From the NCBI RefSeq assembly GCF_006345805.1, contig NC_043001.1, positions 124,062,001 through 124,126,000 on the forward strand: a DNA stretch of 64,000 bases, in the 5' to 3' direction. The notes below the pieces were generated by a model that did not search any database, was not told the origin of the DNA, and was given only the letters and a program-made list of their open reading frames with translations. Origin of the DNA: Octopus sinensis. Its lineage: Eukaryota. The position numbers were made by a program, and so were the translations under genes. Shown one piece after another: positions 62,682 through 64,000 of the stretch. Every line of letters begins with the position of its first letter. Position 1 is the stretch's first letter.

Positions 62682-62683
<2 letters not shown>

Positions 62684-62726
<43 letters not shown>

Positions 62727-62869
62727 CATCAATGATGATAACAAAATGATGATAACAAAATGATGATGTTCATGTCGATGATGATGAGGATGTTGATGGT
62801 GATGATGACGATGAGGATGATGATGACGATGATGAGGAGGAGGACGACGATGATGATGATGATGATGAT

Positions 62870-62914
<45 letters not shown>

Positions 62915-63237
62915 CGACGATGATGAGAATGATGATGATGATGATGATGATGATGACGATGATGATGACGATGATGAGGATGATGATGATGACGATAATG
63001 ATGATGATGATGAGGATGATGATGATGACGATGATGATGATGATGAAGATGATGTCGATGATGATGAGGATAATGATGATGATGACGATGATGATGACGA
63101 CGATGATGATGACGATGATGATGATGATGATGACGATGACGACGATGATGATGATGATGACGATGATGATGATGATGATGATGATGAGAAGAAGAAGAAG
63201 AAGAAGAAGAAGAGAAGAAGAAGAAGAAGAAGAAAAA
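62684..63237. repeat. Compound (ATT)n-(GAT)n-(GAA)n microsatellite
   Basis: Directly visible; source of the poly-D/S/M ORFs. Confidence 0.97.
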
Positions 63238-63611
63238 TTATGTGAAATTGAACAAGAGTGTATTGTATAAAATGTGTTTGTTTCTTAGATGAAATGAAAA
63301 TAAAAATCTCGCATGGCATTAACGTTTCGCAAAATGCAAATATTCATCTGCAAATTACCTGCCACTGACAGAATCGGTAAAAGTTGCTTGAGATCTATTA
63401 AGCGAATATAGGGAAGGGGAGATGAAGGGGAATGTATAGTAAAGAGTAAGAGAGTCAGTGCTGTGCGCGTATTAATAATAAAACACAGAAAAATACCATT
63501 AATGTAATTACCGAAGGTGTTTCAATAAGGAAAAAAATTACAACACGTACCTCAGTTAATGACGTACATCTTAGTTAATAAAGCAAATCGATATGCATCA
63601 ATATGCATATA

Positions 63612-63651
<40 letters not shown>

Positions 63652-63703
63652 CATATGTATCTATATATTTATTTATATATATATATTATATATAATATAT
63701 ATA

Positions 63704-63792
<89 letters not shown>

Positions 63793-63968
63793 CATGTCGT
63801 GGTAGTTGGTTTTGAGATAATTATAGCGCATGTGTTTCTAGGTGCACATGACAACTCATCTGAATACGAGGTACCTTGGTCTGAAAGTATTTTATGTACA
63901 ATTGAAAATTGATGAAAGCTATCTCAACAAGGACGAGGGGAAAATATCTATGTGTATGTATATACATG

Positions 63969-64000
<32 letters not shown>

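Noticed and set aside
62729-63319. Poly-D/S/M ORFs
   Set aside because: (GAT)n microsatellite.

Overview
AT-rich, microsatellite-dense eukaryotic DNA. The repeat families (tRNA-derived SINEs with internal TA/CA tracts, a mollusc-type 5S) suggest an octopus or other cephalopod genome; this is inference. I can support no intact protein-coding gene, and most listed ORFs are microsatellite or SINE artefacts. The window is mainly transposon debris: at least four tRNA-SINE families, R4/Dong LINE 3' ends in (AAT)n, several mariner remnants, hAT, a Helitron, Penelope-like (PLE) RT remnants and a Gypsy remnant fused in frame to a DNAJC25-like fragment. There is also a 5S pseudogene and two weak candidate exons. 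Main signal: small non-coding repeats carrying hammerhead-ribozyme motifs. Two diverged copies of a ~350-nt element (51.7-52.0 kb, 58.75-59.16 kb) each hold a 61-nt type I hammerhead fold whose stems covary. A second family sits in TA repeats with minimal hammerhead-like cores (5.9, 22.8, 46.3 and 46.7 kb), and a ~870-bp unit forms a tandem array inside a SINE. Together these look like non-autonomous, retrozyme-like elements that may depend on PLEs. Self-cleavage, circularity and novelty are untested.
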